Shown here piece after piece: positions 61,294 through 64,000 of a stretch of DNA of 64,000 nucleotides (position 1 is the first letter of the stretch; each line of letters begins with the position of its first letter). Where the stretch lies: positions 5,317-69,316 of the forward strand of contig JAHYZV010000009.1 in NCBI GenBank assembly GCA_019424245.1. The letters are read 5' to 3'. The translations under genes and the position numbers were made by a program. The notes under the pieces are model-generated. The model had not been told where the DNA came from, did no database searches, and saw only the letters and a program-made list of their open reading frames with translations. Source of the DNA: Clostridiales bacterium (GTDB lineage Bacteria; Bacillota; Clostridia; Lachnospirales; Lachnospiraceae).

Positions 61294-62235
61294 ATGCGAT
61301 TTATTGAAACTTTTAAAGATGGCGACAGAATATCTGATGTATACTTATGCAAGTCAAAGTCAACAGCACTTACAAAGACAGGCAAAGAATATGAGAATGT
61401 AATGCTTGCAGATAAAACAGGGCAGATAGATTCCAAGATATGGGATGTGAATTCTGGTGGAATAGGAGACTTTGATGTAAATGATTATGTATATGTAAGT
61501 GGACAGGTGACAAGTTACAATGGTGCACTTCAGTTTAAGATAGAAAGAGCACGTGTGGCAGCAGAAAATGAATATTCACAGTCAGATTATATACCAGCTT
61601 CAAGGTTTGATATTGAAGATATGTACAAGGAACTTCTTGGCTATGTCAATAGTATAGAAAATGTGTACATAAAACAGCTTCTTACAGCTTTTTTTGTGGA
61701 TGATGAAGCATTTATCAAAAGATTTAAGAATACATCAGCTGCAAAGACAGTACATCATGGTTTTTTAGGTGGACTTCTTGAGCATAGTCTTAGTGTTACA
61801 AGGTTGTGTGATAAGATTAGCACGAATTATGATTTTTTAAACAGAGATCTTCTTATAAGCTGTGCAATGCTCCATGATGTAGGAAAGGTAAAGGAGCTTT
61901 CTGAATTCCCAAGAAATGATTATACAGATGAGGGGAATTTCTTAGGACATATTGTTATGGGATATGAGATGGTTATGGAAAAGATAAAGAATATACCAGA
62001 TTTTCCACCAATAATAGCAAATGAGATGGGACATTGTATATTATCACATCATGGTGAGCTTGAATATGGTTCACCTAAAAAGCCTGCAATAGCAGAAGCA
62101 GTAGCACTTTCAATGGCAGATAATATAGATGCAAAGCTTGAAACATTAAGGGAGTGCTTTGAAGCGAAGGATACCAATGACTGGCTTGGCTTTAACAGAT
62201 GGCTGGATTCTAATATAAGAAGAACAAGCTTTTAG
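61294..62235 (+). CDS. yhaM: 3'-5' exoribonuclease YhaM/Cbf1 (OB + HD)
   Basis: OB fold, AAKTVHHG...GGLLEH, LHDVGK, SHHG. Confidence 0.9.
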   Translation: MRFIETFKDGDRISDVYLCKSKSTALTKTGKEYENVMLADKTGQIDSKIWDVNSGGIGDFDVNDYVYVSGQVTSYNGALQFKIERARVAAENEYSQSDYIPASRFDIEDMYKELLGYVNSIENVYIKQLLTAFFVDDEAFIKRFKNTSAAKTVHHGFLGGLLEHSLSVTRLCDKISTNYDFLNRDLLISCAMLHDVGKVKELSEFPRNDYTDEGNFLGHIVMGYEMVMEKIKNIPDFPPIIANEMGHCILSHHGELEYGSPKKPAIAEAVALSMADNIDAKLETLRECFEAKDTNDWLGFNRWLDSNIRRTSF

Positions 62236-62345
62236 GACATCTTTTGACCATGACATCATTGTAATGCTATAACGAGCAGATCGAAAATGCAGTAAAACAG
62301 GAAAAAAGATAGAAAAATATAAGATAAGTGGAAATGGAGATAAGG

Positions 62346-63800
62346 ATGTCATACAGTAAGAATGATTGTGTGGAGCTGACTATTGAAGATATAGGTGTAT
62401 CTGGTGAAGGAATTGGAAAAGTAGACGGTTATACTTTGTTTGTGAAGGATACAGTAATCGGTGATGTTGTACGTGTTAAAATAATGAAAGCTAAAAAGAA
62501 TTATGGCTATGCAAGACTGATGGATATAATTAAACCATCTGAGGACAGAGTGGAACCAGCATGTCCGATTGCCAGACAGTGCGGGGGCTGCCAGATACAG
62601 GCTATGAATTATAATGCACAGCTTAAATATAAACAGAAGCTTGTAAAAGATAATTTGCTAAGAATAGGTGGACTTACAGAAGGTGCTGACTATGAAATGT
62701 GTGAGATACTTGGTATGGATACACCTTTCAGATACCGGAACAAAGCACAGTATCCTGTAGGTGAGGATAAGGACGGCAATATTGTCATGGGCTTTTATGC
62801 AGGCCATACACATTCGATTATTGCATGTCCTGATGATGACTGTATGCTTGGACATAGAGATAATGCATTTATACTTAACGCTGTAAAAGAATGGATGAAG
62901 GAATACAGGGTACGTGCTTACAATGAAAATATACATAAAGGAACAGTCAGGCATGTGCTTATAAGGACAGGATATCATACAGATGAGGTTATGATATGTC
63001 TTGTGACTAAGAAAATGCTAAGAAAAGAGGCAGCAGACGGACTGGTTAAAGCTATACAGAAGCTTAAGTTAAATGTTGCATCACTGGTTGTAAACATAAA
63101 CAAAGAAGATACGAATGTGATTCTTGGCAAAGAATGTATAACTCTTTACGGAAGACCATATATTGAGGATTATATAGGGGATATAAAGTTTCAGATTTCG
63201 CCGCTTTCATTCTATCAGGTTAACCCTAAGCAGACAGAGGTTTTATATAACAAGGCACTTGAGTTTGCAGGGCTTAAAGGAAATGAAAGCGTATGGGATA
63301 TGTATTGTGGCATTGGAACAATATCATTATTCCTTGCAAAGAAAGCAGGTAAGGTATATGGAGTTGAGATAGTACCACAGGCCATAGAAGATGCAAAGAA
63401 TAATGCTAAGATTAATAATATAGATAATGCAGAGTTTTTTGTTGGCAAGGCAGAAGAAGTTGTTCCAGCATTTTATAAAAAACAGACAGGCGTACAATCT
63501 GATAACGATTCAACAGACAGTAAAGAATATGATATGACAAGGCCAGATGTAGTTGTGGTGGATCCTCCAAGAAAGGGCTGTGATAAAAAACTGCTGGACA
63601 CGATAGTAAGCATGACTCCGGACAGGATAGTATATGTAAGCTGTGATTCAGCAACATTGGCAAGAGATCTTAAACTGCTGGTGGAATATGGATATAAGGT
63701 GGAAAAAGTACAGCCGGTAGATCAGTTTGGGAATACGGTTCATGTGGAGACTGTTGCGCTACTTTCCAAGGGCGCTAAAGGTCCGGTGGACCTTTGCTAA
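62346..63800 (+). CDS. rlmD: 23S rRNA m5U1939 methyltransferase (RlmD/RumA)
   Basis: TRAM domain, CPIARQCGGC, SFYQVN, DMYCGIG, VDPPRKG, YVSC, HVET. Confidence 0.96.
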   Translation: MSYSKNDCVELTIEDIGVSGEGIGKVDGYTLFVKDTVIGDVVRVKIMKAKKNYGYARLMDIIKPSEDRVEPACPIARQCGGCQIQAMNYNAQLKYKQKLVKDNLLRIGGLTEGADYEMCEILGMDTPFRYRNKAQYPVGEDKDGNIVMGFYAGHTHSIIACPDDDCMLGHRDNAFILNAVKEWMKEYRVRAYNENIHKGTVRHVLIRTGYHTDEVMICLVTKKMLRKEAADGLVKAIQKLKLNVASLVVNINKEDTNVILGKECITLYGRPYIEDYIGDIKFQISPLSFYQVNPKQTEVLYNKALEFAGLKGNESVWDMYCGIGTISLFLAKKAGKVYGVEIVPQAIEDAKNNAKINNIDNAEFFVGKAEEVVPAFYKKQTGVQSDNDSTDSKEYDMTRPDVVVVDPPRKGCDKKLLDTIVSMTPDRIVYVSCDSATLARDLKLLVEYGYKVEKVQPVDQFGNTVHVETVALLSKGAKGPVDLC

Positions 63801-64000
63801 GCGCGGACCGAAGTGGAACGGAGACTGGTAGACAGCAGAAAAGTGAAGGTGGACTTCTATCTGGAGGATATGGATTTATCTGAATTCAAGGGAAAAGCAA
63901 CTTATGAGCAGATAAAGGCATATGTACTGGAACAGACAGGACTTAAGGTTTCTTCATTGTATATCGCACAGATTAAGAAGAAGTGCGGATTGGATGTCGG
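63741..64000 (+). mobile_element. Probable left boundary of an rlmD-integrated genomic island, with a detached C-terminal extension
   Basis: Same frame continues after TAA as VDSRKVKVDFYLEDMDLSEFKGKATYEQIKAYVLEQTGLKVSSLYIAQIKKKCGLDV, which I recognise as a rumA-associated extension; sequence looks more GC-rich around the HVET codons; no recombinase inside the window. Confidence 0.5.
63772..63827. repeat. GC-rich palindromic insert at the rlmD 3' end
   Basis: AAAGGTCC-GGT-GGACCTTT hairpin (63777-63795) within GCGCT...AGCGC; contains the rlmD TAA. Confidence 0.6.

Overview
Low-GC, spore-forming Firmicutes (most likely Lachnospiraceae) chromosomal DNA, mostly core genome on the + strand. In order it carries: the 3' part of gdpP, rplI, dnaB, a small 2x[4Fe-4S] ferredoxin missed by the ORF track, mecA, a Ser/Thr kinase with a ParA/MinD-like partner, a GH18-cwlD-sua5-ywlE-rpiB-dCMP deaminase run, a complete F1Fo ATP synthase operon whose c subunit has the Na+-binding signature, ywmB, a methyltransferase, an ~845-aa membrane protein next to a class A PBP, plsC, apbE, a lipoprotein trigger-factor homologue, SulP, the spoVT-yabOPQ-divIC-spoIIE-tilS-hpt-ftsH block, a GH13, trmD, tRNA-Phe, tRNA-Gly, a GGDEF protein, Lrp with an aminotransferase, cheX, trmL, mutS2 with a two-component system, an HtrA-like protein, yhaM and rlmD. 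I see no CRISPR array, transposase, integrase or recognisable defence operon. The most interesting signals are non-coding or sub-gene. (1) A modular palindromic repeat occurs twice, each copy bracketed by a duplicated GGAGATT ribosome-binding sequence just before a start codon (spoIIE and the histidine kinase). (2) A ~95-nt candidate sRNA with four C-rich anti-Shine-Dalgarno tracts lies between ftsH and the GH13 gene. (3) The rlmD 3' end looks like the edge of an integrated element, with an in-frame palindromic insert that adds a stop codon. (4) The kinase N-lobe is encoded upstream of any canonical start codon. (5) SpoIIE has no membrane domain, and several envelope proteins look catalytically dead. 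All family assignments come from motif recognition by eye, not from database searches.
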